The notes: generated by a model not told the origin, from the sequence alone. A DNA stretch of 64,000 nt from Deltaproteobacteria bacterium (GCA_040218735.1 JAVJQW010000015.1:91779-155778); one strand, 5' to 3'. Numbered from the stretch's first letter, positions 17,526 to 26,690 are shown. Numbers and translations: made by a program.

Positions 17526-18376
17526 AGGCCACGGTCCGTGAATATCTCGACGCGCTCATGCCGCAGGCTCTCGCGTGTCGACTTCAGGTCATCCAGCCGG
17601 TCGCCGCCGCGATGGTGGAAGCCATCGGCGATCGCCCCCTCCTCGAAGTCACCGCGTGGGAGCTGGAGGCGCCCCTGGGACGCGCGGGTTACGACCTCGC
17701 CGAGTATCTCGAACACCGCCGCGACTGGAACAACAGCTACGTCGAGACGACGACCACGCCTTGGATCCCGGCGGACGACGGAACCCAACCACACCCGCTC
17801 CTCGAGGAGCACGCGCGTCGTGGGTTCGGAGGTGCCGGGCGTGTACTCGAGCTGGGTTGCGGTGTCGGCGCGAACGCGGCGTTCCTCGCCGAGCGCGGCG
17901 CCGACGTTCTCGGTGTGGACATCGCGGCGAGCGCCATCGCCTGGGGTAAGAACGCGTTCGGCCCGGTGGGAGGGAGGCTCTCGCTCGAGGTCGGTGATTC
18001 GCTCGGGCTCGACGTCGCCGCGGGGTCGTTCGACTTCCTCCTCGACAGCTGGTGCCTTCACCACATCCCGGTGCACCTCATGCCGCGTCACGTCAGTCGT
18101 GCGGCGGAGGCGCTCCGGCACGCGGGGGAGCTGCTGCTGTTCGTTCACTCCCCCAAGTACAACCGGACGGAGGGGCTGCTGTTCTTGTCGACCGGTGTCG
18201 TCGGAAAGGCGTTGCGCTACGTTCTCGAACACGACTCCGAGTCCTGCTTCTCGGCGGCGGAGCTCGAACGGCTCCTCGAGCCGAAGTTCCTGGTCGAGTC
18301 GATCGACCATCACTACGACCATCACCTGAACGCGGACCGGCACTACAGCTTCGTCGTCCGTGCGAAGCGGCGTTGA
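17522..18376 (+). CDS. Class I SAM-dependent methyltransferase
   Basis: VLELGCGVG (motif I), GVDIA, SFDFLLDSWCLHH; TTGA overlap with the upstream gene. Confidence 0.88.
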   Translation: MKATVREYLDALMPQALACRLQVIQPVAAAMVEAIGDRPLLEVTAWELEAPLGRAGYDLAEYLEHRRDWNNSYVETTTTPWIPADDGTQPHPLLEEHARRGFGGAGRVLELGCGVGANAAFLAERGADVLGVDIAASAIAWGKNAFGPVGGRLSLEVGDSLGLDVAAGSFDFLLDSWCLHHIPVHLMPRHVSRAAEALRHAGELLLFVHSPKYNRTEGLLFLSTGVVGKALRYVLEHDSESCFSAAELERLLEPKFLVESIDHHYDHHLNADRHYSFVVRAKRR

Positions 18377-18379
18377 TAC

Positions 18380-19696
18380 TCAGAGCGTGTGGAGCAACCC
18401 GGCTGCGGTGAGGCGCTCGACGATGGTGTTCAAGCGGTTCGAATCCACGTCCGGGTGATCACCCGCCACTTCGTCGACCGTGCGCCCCTTCGCGAAGCTC
18501 AACAGCGGCGCGACCAGGTTCAATGGGATCGGGAAGACACGCCCGTCCGAGCCTTCGACCCTCGCGTGCCGTTCGTCGTGGGACGTGATTCGCACCGCGT
18601 CGTCGAGGCGATGGCGGGGACCCGCCGATGCGTCGACCTTCGGCTCGAGGAAACGACGGAACAGCGGGGCCCCGAAGTCGACGCTGTCGACGTAGCGATC
18701 CGCGCGAACGTCGATGCCTAGATCGTCGAGGCACGACCGGAGCGTCGTGCGGATTCTGTCGTAGGCGCGCGGCGCGGTGCGCCAGGGCTCGGCGACGACA
18801 CCTTCGACGCGTTCGAGGCAACGCCGTCGGATCGGCTCTTCGGGCGCGCGGAGGATCTCGGACGCCACGAGCTGCAGGAGATGGTTCGCCGGGATCTCAT
18901 CGAGCACCGCGCCGAGACGAGGCGGCGGCGAGACACCACGGACACCCACGGAGAACGAGGGCTCGAGGTAGTCGACGTGGTGCCAGAAGAACGGCGGGAT
19001 GTAGACCGCTTCGCCGACGTCGACCACGAGCTCGACGCCACCTGCGTACCGCAAGAAGCCGGCGCGCTCGTCGTCGGACAGGTCACGGAGCCGCACGCCG
19101 CCGAAGTACATGATCGGATCGAGTCGGGGGCCCGAGCGCGGCGGGAACAGGAGGTAGCGCTTCCGGCCGATAACGGTGAGGTTGAAGACGTGCCGCCCGT
19201 CGCGGTCGAAGTGAAGGTCACTCGCCTGCCGGGCGGCGGCGAGGTACGCGTACACGAGCGCCGCGTGATCAGCGGCCTTGGCCTGTCCCGGTTCGAAGTC
19301 GAGGCCGAGCCGCTCGAGCAACGGGCCGCGTGACCCCAGGGTTTCGAGAAGCGCCGAGCTCGGTCGCAGCTCCACGGCCGGGGGTGTCGACTCCGGGGAC
19401 TCGTGCATGCGCGTGAGGTAGTCGTCGAGTGGGAGCGTCTCCCCTGCGTCGGCGTCGAAACGTTCGAGGGCTTCGGCGTCGTGGGTTCGCAGGAAGTCAC
19501 CCGCCGCACCGAGCAGCCGTCGCGCGTAGCTCGGTTCGATCCGGATGTCCCACGGCGCGGTGCGCTCGGCGAGCTCCGCAAAGTCCTTGGCGATCGGCGC
19601 GCCCGTCCGGAGCACGGCCTCGTCCACGAGGGCAGGGCGGTGCTCTTCCATGTGACGGAGGACTTCGTCGCAGGAAGTCAGGCGGCGGATGTTCAC
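18380..19696 (-). CDS. JmjC/cupin-like Fe(II)/2OG oxygenase with C-terminal winged-helix-like domain
   Basis: SDLHFD (HxD), GRKRYLLFPP, GEAVYIPPFFWHHV (distal His). Confidence 0.85.
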   Translation of the reverse strand: MNIRRLTSCDEVLRHMEEHRPALVDEAVLRTGAPIAKDFAELAERTAPWDIRIEPSYARRLLGAAGDFLRTHDAEALERFDADAGETLPLDDYLTRMHESPESTPPAVELRPSSALLETLGSRGPLLERLGLDFEPGQAKAADHAALVYAYLAAARQASDLHFDRDGRHVFNLTVIGRKRYLLFPPRSGPRLDPIMYFGGVRLRDLSDDERAGFLRYAGGVELVVDVGEAVYIPPFFWHHVDYLEPSFSVGVRGVSPPPRLGAVLDEIPANHLLQLVASEILRAPEEPIRRRCLERVEGVVAEPWRTAPRAYDRIRTTLRSCLDDLGIDVRADRYVDSVDFGAPLFRRFLEPKVDASAGPRHRLDDAVRITSHDERHARVEGSDGRVFPIPLNLVAPLLSFAKGRTVDEVAGDHPDVDSNRLNTIVERLTAAGLLHTL

Positions 19697-20841
19697 GGGG
19701 TGTCCGCCCGCGTGAGGAAGCCGCGCTCGCACAACACGGTGAGTAGACGATCGGTGTAGGTCGGGGGCAGCGATGGGTTGTGCGCGCGCGCGAGGTACCC
19801 CGAGAACGGTAATTGCCGTGTACCGATCCACCGCAGGAGCGGGACGAGCGCCTTCGAGACGAGTTGTCCGCGCGCGTCGCCGGTGGCGTCCCGGATCTCG
19901 ACCCACCAGTACCCCCCGGCGCGTCGTGTGAGGCGGAGGTTCTTGTCGTCGCGCGGGACGAACATCGTCGTGGGCGGGACGAGGCCTTCCCGAGGGTCGT
20001 CCAGAGCGTCCGCCTTCACTTCGTGCCAGCGGCGGTCCAGCTCTTGGTCGAGTGACGCTCGGTCGTATGGTTCGACTTCGGGCCATCGCTCCGTCGGATC
20101 CACGCTGCGGTCGAGCGCCGACCACGCGCGCGAGGCGTAGTCACCCCGTCGGACGGTGAAGACGAGGCTCCATGACTCACCGAGGCCTTCGGTGCGGTGC
20201 CAGTGATACGGGGGGACGTACGCGAGCGTCCCCGCCGTGAACACGACTTCGCGGGACCGCGCGGCGATCGCAGTGTCGAAGGCGGTGCGCTCGTCCTCGG
20301 TCATCGGGTTGTCCGCGAGCCAGTTGCTCGAATGCCCGGTTTCGTGGGGCCCGATCGCCCCTTCGGCCGGCGCTATCCACCACCGCTTCTCACCCGAGAG
20401 CTGCAGGACGAGCAGGCCGGTCGTCAGGTCGTGGTGCCAGTCGAGGCCGAGCCCCGCGGAACCCACGCTGAGAAGCGCGCTGACCGCGTAGCGCTGACCG
20501 TTCGCGAGCTCGTCCGCGAGGGCGTGTTCCCACGCGATGACTTCGGGGATGGGTAGCGGGCGAATGAGTATCTGGCCTCCACGCTGGTGCGTGGTGATGG
20601 CTGTCGAGTGAGGGACCGGTGACTCGCCGAACGGTTGGAGCGTGGCGGAGCACTCCGCCGCCGGGAACTCACCGAAGAAGTCGGCGAGGGACGGTGCCCT
20701 CGGGTCCGGCCACTGCGTACGGATCTCTTCGGCGACGACGGTTTCGAACCCGCGGTGCTCCTCGAACGCCGCGCGAAGCCGGTCCGCGGTGCCGCCGGCG
20801 AGTCGCTCGATGCCTTCGGCGCGGAGCGCTTCGGAGCTCAC
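19693..20841 (-). CDS. JmjC/cupin-like Fe(II)/2OG oxygenase with C-terminal winged-helix-like domain
   Basis: LDWHHD (HxD), LQLSGEKRWWI, GTLAYVPPYHWHRT; GTGA overlaps on both sides. Confidence 0.85.
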   Translation of the reverse strand: MSSEALRAEGIERLAGGTADRLRAAFEEHRGFETVVAEEIRTQWPDPRAPSLADFFGEFPAAECSATLQPFGESPVPHSTAITTHQRGGQILIRPLPIPEVIAWEHALADELANGQRYAVSALLSVGSAGLGLDWHHDLTTGLLVLQLSGEKRWWIAPAEGAIGPHETGHSSNWLADNPMTEDERTAFDTAIAARSREVVFTAGTLAYVPPYHWHRTEGLGESWSLVFTVRRGDYASRAWSALDRSVDPTERWPEVEPYDRASLDQELDRRWHEVKADALDDPREGLVPPTTMFVPRDDKNLRLTRRAGGYWWVEIRDATGDARGQLVSKALVPLLRWIGTRQLPFSGYLARAHNPSLPPTYTDRLLTVLCERGFLTRADTP

Positions 20842-23048
20842 GGTTCGTCCTCCTTCGCCGAACGTAGCTGTGCGCGAACGAGTGACGCGTAGACTCCGTC
20901 GGTCGCGAGCAGCGATGCGTGGGTCCCGCGTTCGACGATACGCCCGCGGTCCATGACGAGGATCTGGTCCGCGCCGACGATCGTGCTCAGGCGATGGGCG
21001 ATCACGATGCGCGTGCAGTCGAGCTCGGAGAGCCGATCGAAGACGGCCGCTTCCGTCACGGCGTCGAGGGCGCTGGTCGCTTCGTCGAGGACCACGACCG
21101 CGGGAGGCGAGACGAGCGCACGCGCCAACGCGAGGCGCTGTCGTTGGCCCCCCGAGAGTGACGTGCCGCCGTCCGCGAGGACGGTTTCGTAGCCCATCGG
21201 CATCTCGGCGATCTCGTCGTGGATGCACGCGCGCTTCGCGGCCTCGACGATCTGCGCTTCGTCGAGATCGGGCTCGGCCATCGAGACGTTCGCTTTGATG
21301 CTCCCGCTGAAGAGGTGCGGTGTCTGCGGCACGAGACGGACCTGCTTGCGGAGCGCCACGAGGTCGAGCGAGGGCAGCGCGAGGCCGTCGAACGCGACCT
21401 TGCCCGCGTTGGCGTCGCGCAGCCCGACCAGCACACTCGCGAGCGTCGACTTGCCGGAACCGGATCGTCCGACGATCGCGATGAGCTCACCGCGGCGCGC
21501 TACGAACGAGACGTCGTCGACGACCGCGGGGCTGTGGCGTGAGTACGCGAACGTGAGGCCTTCGACCTCGATCGCTCCCGTGAGCGGCGGTGGTGTTTCG
21601 ACCGCGCTCGGATCTTGATGTGGCTTGGTCTCGAAGACGTCGTCGAGGCGCGCCAGGTAGCTCGACAGGAACTGGACCTGCCCGACGGTCGAAGTCAGGC
21701 CGGAGAGCGGGATGAAGAAGGCGACCGCGAGCGCGTTGAGGGCGAGCATCGTGCCGAGGCTCATCGTTCCGTCCAGCACGAGGAGCGCGCCGTAGCTCAG
21801 CGCGACGAGGGGCGACGCGAGGCGGATCGTGGAGACGATCGACTGGAGGAGCGCGTCGAGGCGATCGCGTTCGATGGAGGCGTTGAGGACGTCGACGAAG
21901 AGGTCGCTCCAGCCCTGCACGGAGCGTTGCTCGCCGCCGATCGCCTTGAGGGTCTCGATACCGCTGATGAGCTCGACGAGGCGACCGTCGGCGCGCGCCT
22001 GCGCTTCGAGGCTGAACGCCATCAGCTCGCGTTGACGACGGTAGCCGAGCACGATGACCAGCATCTGGAGCCCGCCGAGCACGACGACGAGCGCGCCCAT
22101 CGGGACGCTGATCGTGAGCATCACGGCGAGGAAGGAGACGGCGAGGACGGCGTCGAGGAGCCCCGAGAGGACGCCGGAGGTGAAGATCTCGCGCACCGTG
22201 GTGTTGCTGTTCACGCGCGCGAGCAGGTCGCCGGTCGAGCGGGTCTCGAAGAACGCATACGGGAGGCTGACGAGGTGCTCGAGGAGATCCAGCGTCATCC
22301 GGGTGTCGAACTTGGCGCGGATGGCGATGAGCACGTGGGCGCGGACCATCGAGGTGAGGAACGACAGCAGGAGCACCAACAGGAGCACGCCGCCGAGCTG
22401 CACGAGGAGGTTTGCGTCGCGCTGGGGGATCACGCGGTCGACCACCAACCCCGTCAGCAGCGGAGTGGCGAGCGCAAAGCCCTGGAGGAGCGCAGACGTG
22501 AAGAGCACCCGCGCGAGACCTCCGAAGTGCGCGCCGATCTGTCTACCGTAGTGCCAGATTCTGCCGTGGCGACGCGCGATGGGTTCGAAGCGCTCGCCGG
22601 GTTCGAAGGTCAGCGCGACGCCGGTGAAGTCGCGACGAAACTCGTCCATGGCGACGCGCCGACGACCGAAGGCGGGGTCGACGATGTGGATGGCGTCGCG
22701 CCCGACGCGTTCGAGGACGACGAAGTGGTTGAAGCCCCAGTGGAGGATCGAGGCGGGCGGGAGTTTTTCGACACTCGATACGCCCAGCGTGAGCGCCCGA
22801 ACGTTGAGCCCCTGCTGCTCGGCGGTTTCGAGGATCGTGCGTGCGTCGATCCCGTCGCGGCCGACGCCGCTCGCTTCGCGCAGCTCGCGCAGGGGGATGT
22901 GGCGCCCGTGGTAGGCGAGGACCATCGCGAGGCAGGCTGCGCCACACTCGGTATTGGTGAGTTGTTGAACGACCGGGACGCGACCGCGCCGCCGTTGGGG
23001 TCGTTCTCGTATCGGCGTGACCGGGGCGCTGGAGGACTCGGCGGTCAT
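20838..23048 (-). CDS. Peptidase-containing ABC transporter (C39 + TMD + NBD), RiPP/bacteriocin exporter
   Basis: QQLTNTECGAACLAM (Cys), HWGFNHFVV...DPA (His/Asp), GRSGSGKST, LSGGQRQR, LDEATSALD. Confidence 0.95.
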   Translation of the reverse strand: MTAESSSAPVTPIRERPQRRRGRVPVVQQLTNTECGAACLAMVLAYHGRHIPLRELREASGVGRDGIDARTILETAEQQGLNVRALTLGVSSVEKLPPASILHWGFNHFVVLERVGRDAIHIVDPAFGRRRVAMDEFRRDFTGVALTFEPGERFEPIARRHGRIWHYGRQIGAHFGGLARVLFTSALLQGFALATPLLTGLVVDRVIPQRDANLLVQLGGVLLLVLLLSFLTSMVRAHVLIAIRAKFDTRMTLDLLEHLVSLPYAFFETRSTGDLLARVNSNTTVREIFTSGVLSGLLDAVLAVSFLAVMLTISVPMGALVVVLGGLQMLVIVLGYRRQRELMAFSLEAQARADGRLVELISGIETLKAIGGEQRSVQGWSDLFVDVLNASIERDRLDALLQSIVSTIRLASPLVALSYGALLVLDGTMSLGTMLALNALAVAFFIPLSGLTSTVGQVQFLSSYLARLDDVFETKPHQDPSAVETPPPLTGAIEVEGLTFAYSRHSPAVVDDVSFVARRGELIAIVGRSGSGKSTLASVLVGLRDANAGKVAFDGLALPSLDLVALRKQVRLVPQTPHLFSGSIKANVSMAEPDLDEAQIVEAAKRACIHDEIAEMPMGYETVLADGGTSLSGGQRQRLALARALVSPPAVVVLDEATSALDAVTEAAVFDRLSELDCTRIVIAHRLSTIVGADQILVMDRGRIVERGTHASLLATDGVYASLVRAQLRSAKEDEP

Positions 23049-23635
23049 GGTGTCCTCGCAGAGATCGAAGCCAAGAGCCACGACGCGGCGGGGGTGGGGT
23101 CGAGCGTGATCTCCACGTCGAGCGTCGTGCCGTCGATCATTCCGTGGCGTGCTTCCTCATCGAGGGGCGCGCGGACGATGACCGAAGGCCCTTGCGGGAC
23201 GATGGTGTCCGCGACGCGGGGCGGGAGTCGTCGCGCGACGTCGCGGCTGCTGACCACCTCGGACACGTAGTCGATCTGCGCCTCGCGAACGCCGGCGCTG
23301 CTGTGAAGCGTGAGCTTCATGCCCGGGGCCAAAGATACATCGTGCTCGGCGGGCAGGATCGCGAAGGCCGTCCAGGCGGGGCCTTGGCTACGGTCCGCGT
23401 GAACCACGGCGGGCCCGCGCGCGGCGCTGCGCACGGGGAGAAAACCCATGAAGACAATGAGTACCGCCGTACCTACGAGGAGGGTCCAGAACCCACCCTT
23501 CGTCCACCAGGTGTCGAGCGCGAGCAGACGACGACGCTCCTGCGCCGCGGCGCGCAGCGCGTGCGCTTCTTTGCGGAAGATCCCCGCCGGGACTCGGGAG
23601 GACAGGTCGTCCGTCGGGGTCGTTCGTTCGCTCAC
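23045..23635 (-). CDS. Short HlyD-like membrane fusion/accessory secretion protein
   Basis: IFRKEA N-terminal motif, single TM, beta-barrel-like C-terminus, ATGA overlap with the PCAT gene; helical hairpin appears absent. Confidence 0.6.
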   Translation of the reverse strand: MSERTTPTDDLSSRVPAGIFRKEAHALRAAAQERRRLLALDTWWTKGGFWTLLVGTAVLIVFMGFLPVRSAARGPAVVHADRSQGPAWTAFAILPAEHDVSLAPGMKLTLHSSAGVREAQIDYVSEVVSSRDVARRLPPRVADTIVPQGPSVIVRAPLDEEARHGMIDGTTLDVEITLDPTPAASWLLASISARTP

Positions 23636-23682
23636 GTCCGACACCTCGGTGCGGCGAACGCGCACGCGGTGACGGCGGGACG

Positions 23683-24780
23683 ATGTTCGTCTACGGTGCG
23701 GCGCACGTCATGCCGGCAGGAGTGAAGGACGCGACCTCGAGTATGGCGGGCACCGTAGAGATGTTCGAAGATCTCCTCCCGGCGTCGGTCGTACAAGCCG
23801 ATGACTACCGGCGGATCCTCCGAACGCTCCAAATGCTGCCGCCGATCTTCGCGGGGAATGGGTTCGGAATCGAACACGAGATCCGCGACGATGGTACCGC
23901 TAAGGAGAGCTCCCTGTCCGTATCGTTGGCGCTTCAGTACGAAGAGCTCGGTCGTGTGAACCTCGCGCGCCTGGTCCAGCGCTACCTGGGTGACTGGATG
24001 CTCGACGAGGCCTTCCATGCGTGGTTCCTCGACAGCGCGGAGCGGCTCGCGGCAGAGCCGCTGTTTCCCATTCGGACGTACTTCGGCTTCGAGGTACCGG
24101 ACGTCTCTCGCTCCGAGCTGCGCGTGGCGGGGATCGTCTGGGCATTCGAGGAAGGTCACCCCGAGGCCTCCTTCGACGCGGCGATGCGGCTGCTCCTCGG
24201 CGCGCGATACGCACCCGAGCACCCGTCGCTGGTGACGCTCCGTGGCGTGTGCGGTGACGCGCGCGTTCGAGAGGTCGGGTACGGGCGCAGGGGCGAGCGA
24301 GAGGTCCACAAGGCGTACCTGCACCGTCCGTTGGCCGAGAACGTTGCGTTGCTCGAACATTTCCCGATCGGCGCGGCCGAGGCGCTGCGTGACAACCTCA
24401 TGGCGCTCGCGGAGGTCACGCCGGAGTGGTCTTGTTTGTGTGCGCTGGATGCGCTCGAGGGGGTGTTCGCACGGGTGGGTTTCGAGCTCAATTTCGAGCA
24501 CGAGGAGTCCCGGCGCTTCGTAGAGCCGTTCCTGGCGTCTCCGCTCGTGGCGCACCATTTCCCCGAACGGGCGCTCGAACCCATTCGAAGTACCCTGCTC
24601 GAGGGTGTGGTTCTACGGGATCGCGATGGACGTGTGGGGCGATTCGAAGTCACCCACGCGAAAGTTTCGTTGCGGCTGGATGGTTCGATCAATTGGAAGG
24701 TCTACTTCGCCTTCGAGGTGCAGAACGAGGTGCCCGAATCGCTCCCCATTCTCCTTCCGTGGCTCCGTGGTACAGCCTGA
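23683..24780 (+). CDS. Hypothetical protein, putative ABBA-fold peptide prenyltransferase
   Basis: Alternating strand motifs FGIEHEI, YFGFEV, EVGYG, KAYL, ALD, RVGFELNF, THAKVSL, WKVYF, reminiscent of ABBA prenyltransferases; start may be 23710 or 23743. Confidence 0.45.
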   Translation: MFVYGAAHVMPAGVKDATSSMAGTVEMFEDLLPASVVQADDYRRILRTLQMLPPIFAGNGFGIEHEIRDDGTAKESSLSVSLALQYEELGRVNLARLVQRYLGDWMLDEAFHAWFLDSAERLAAEPLFPIRTYFGFEVPDVSRSELRVAGIVWAFEEGHPEASFDAAMRLLLGARYAPEHPSLVTLRGVCGDARVREVGYGRRGEREVHKAYLHRPLAENVALLEHFPIGAAEALRDNLMALAEVTPEWSCLCALDALEGVFARVGFELNFEHEESRRFVEPFLASPLVAHHFPERALEPIRSTLLEGVVLRDRDGRVGRFEVTHAKVSLRLDGSINWKVYFAFEVQNEVPESLPILLPWLRGTA

Positions 24781-24827
24781 GCGGCCGCCGACGCCCTATC
24801 GGCGGCGCGCCCATTGTTACTTACATC

Positions 24828-25067
24828 CTAGGTCGGCCACTTGTGGGGGTCCGTGACGACCTTCGGTTTGCGTCGGCCGCCGCCGACCGCTTCCAGCTCC
24901 TCGGGGGAGAGCTCGACCATCGGCAGCTCGCCGTTGATCATGAAGTCCTCGAACTCCGCGAGGGAGCACCGCTGCCCGATCTTCTGGACCGCCGACCACT
25001 GATCGTGGCTCATCGAGCGAGTCGCCTGGTGGAGCTCGTTCAAGGTTAGAGAGTTCTTTTTCGCCAT
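24828..25067 (-). CDS. RiPP precursor peptide (79 aa) with double-glycine leader
   Basis: ELSPEELEAVGGG leader end followed by RRKPKVVTDPHKWPT; AGGA RBS upstream; close to the C39 transporter. Confidence 0.85.
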   Translation of the reverse strand: MAKKNSLTLNELHQATRSMSHDQWSAVQKIGQRCSLAEFEDFMINGELPMVELSPEELEAVGGGRRKPKVVTDPHKWPT

Positions 25068-25268
25068 CAGTATTTCCTGTTCGGAATCGCTTGGGTTCTT
25101 GGCCGAATGACTTCGACGATGAGTAGAATTATCAGAGCGCATCAGGTCGATCCAGATGCCTGAGGCGGTATCCTGCTGGAATACCGGGTTCGACGGGCTC
25201 TGCTTGGCGGGAAATTAACTGAACGATGTTCGAGACAATGTAGGCCGAAATTCGAACCGAACGGTGTT

Positions 25269-26690
25269 CTATTTTCTGGGCGCGGGCGTCGAGCTCGGTT
25301 GTCCACCGAGGCGAGCTTCGATGCCTGCGAGGCGTCGAGTCAGCGCGTCGATCGCGTCGGCTTGAGCGTCGATGATCGCCTGCTGCTCTTGGACCGCTCC
25401 GACGAGCAGCGGCAGGACCGGGCTGTGGTCCATCACGCGGAAGTCCGGGATGACTTGTCCACCGACGGTCTCCTTCACCTGCCGCACCATCTCCGGGACG
25501 ACCTGCTCGGCCTCCTGCGCGATGAAGCCGAAGTTGCGAACGGGTAGCCCGTCGTGGTCGGCGCGGTAGGTCTCGGTCCAGGCGTAGGTGACCGGGCGTA
25601 GCTGCTGGACGCGAGCGAGGGCGCTGTCGAGATCCTCGATCTGGGTCTTGATGCGTCGGTCCGAGCTCGTGGCCCACGTGGAGCTCGCCGAGCGCGCCAC
25701 GCCGTTGACGTGGAGGACGTGGCTCGGGTTGGTGGTTCCGATGCCGACGCGGCGGTTGCTGTGAACCATCGACATGATGACGCCGCTGGTCTGGTTGGGC
25801 GCGTTCGCGGAGAGGAAGACGAGCTTGCCGACGCCTTCGCCGTTGTTGGGCCCGGTGCTCAGTACGACGAACCAGCGTCCGTTGGTCGCGGTGTTGCCGA
25901 GGGAGAGCCAGGTCCCGATGTTCGAGGAGCTTTGGATCGTGGTCGCGGGGATCGTGTTGGTCGCGACGTGCAGGCGCGCGCCGGGGCTCACGGTGCCGAT
26001 GCCGACGTTGCCGCCGGCGCGGTAGGTGTTGTTGCCGGAGGTCGTCCAGACTTGGTTGCCGATGGGGCCCTGCGGTCCGGTCGCGCCTTGTGGGCCTTGA
26101 GGGCCCGTGGCCCCGGTAGGTCCGGCGTCGCCTTGGGGACCCGCGGGTCCCTGCGGACCGATGGAACCGTCAGCGCCGGCGGGGCCCTCGGGTCCGGGGT
26201 CGCCGGCGGGGCCTTGGAGGCCGGTGGTGTCGCCGACCCAGCGTCCGCTCGCGTCGATGACTTCGCCGTAGCCGCGGATGGCGATCGACGTCGGGTTGAT
26301 GTCACCGACGGCGTCTTCGCAGACGAGCGCGCTGGGGGCGCTGGTGATCGCGACGCGCGGGCTCAGCGTCTCGCCGTCCACGGTGATTTCGAGCCAACGT
26401 GATGGTGCGGCGAAGAGTTGTTGGTCGACGCTCGCGGTCGCGCCGAGCTCCACGGAGAAACGTCCGTCGAGGACGGCGATCGTTTGGGCTTCTTCCCACA
26501 GGGCGTCGCCGCCGTCGGCGGCGTCGAAGACGGAGAACGTCACGGGGAAGGTTCCTTCCACGGGGGTGCCGTCCGCGTCGTACAGGGTGCCGCGGTACGC
26601 GACGGTCGAGGGCACGGCGGCCCAGGCCGACGTGGTGAGCACCAAACTCAGAATCGAAATCACACAGCCGTAAGTTTTGAACATCTTCAT
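25269..26690 (-). CDS. Secreted fibre protein with collagen-like repeat and C-terminal S74 intramolecular chaperone
   Basis: Signal peptide ending AWA; GNVGIGT/RVGIGT fibre repeats; SSDRRIK and GFIAQE S74 motifs; coiled-coil tail. Confidence 0.88.
   Translation of the reverse strand: MKMFKTYGCVISILSLVLTTSAWAAVPSTVAYRGTLYDADGTPVEGTFPVTFSVFDAADGGDALWEEAQTIAVLDGRFSVELGATASVDQQLFAAPSRWLEITVDGETLSPRVAITSAPSALVCEDAVGDINPTSIAIRGYGEVIDASGRWVGDTTGLQGPAGDPGPEGPAGADGSIGPQGPAGPQGDAGPTGATGPQGPQGATGPQGPIGNQVWTTSGNNTYRAGGNVGIGTVSPGARLHVATNTIPATTIQSSSNIGTWLSLGNTATNGRWFVVLSTGPNNGEGVGKLVFLSANAPNQTSGVIMSMVHSNRRVGIGTTNPSHVLHVNGVARSASSTWATSSDRRIKTQIEDLDSALARVQQLRPVTYAWTETYRADHDGLPVRNFGFIAQEAEQVVPEMVRQVKETVGGQVIPDFRVMDHSPVLPLLVGAVQEQQAIIDAQADAIDALTRRLAGIEARLGGQPSSTPAPRK
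26052..26222 (-). repeat. Collagen-like (Gly-X-Y) x19 coding repeat
   Basis: [12 protein letters not shown]...GPQGPIGNQ within the fibre gene. Confidence 0.85.

Noticed and set aside
14631-25067. Lanthipeptide, lasso, thiopeptide or ranthipeptide assignment
   Set aside because: The core has no Cys, and no LanB/C/M, YcaO, lasso cyclase or radical SAM gene is present.
25269-26690. Prophage tail gene
   Set aside because: It has a Sec signal peptide, and no capsid, terminase or other tail genes are nearby.
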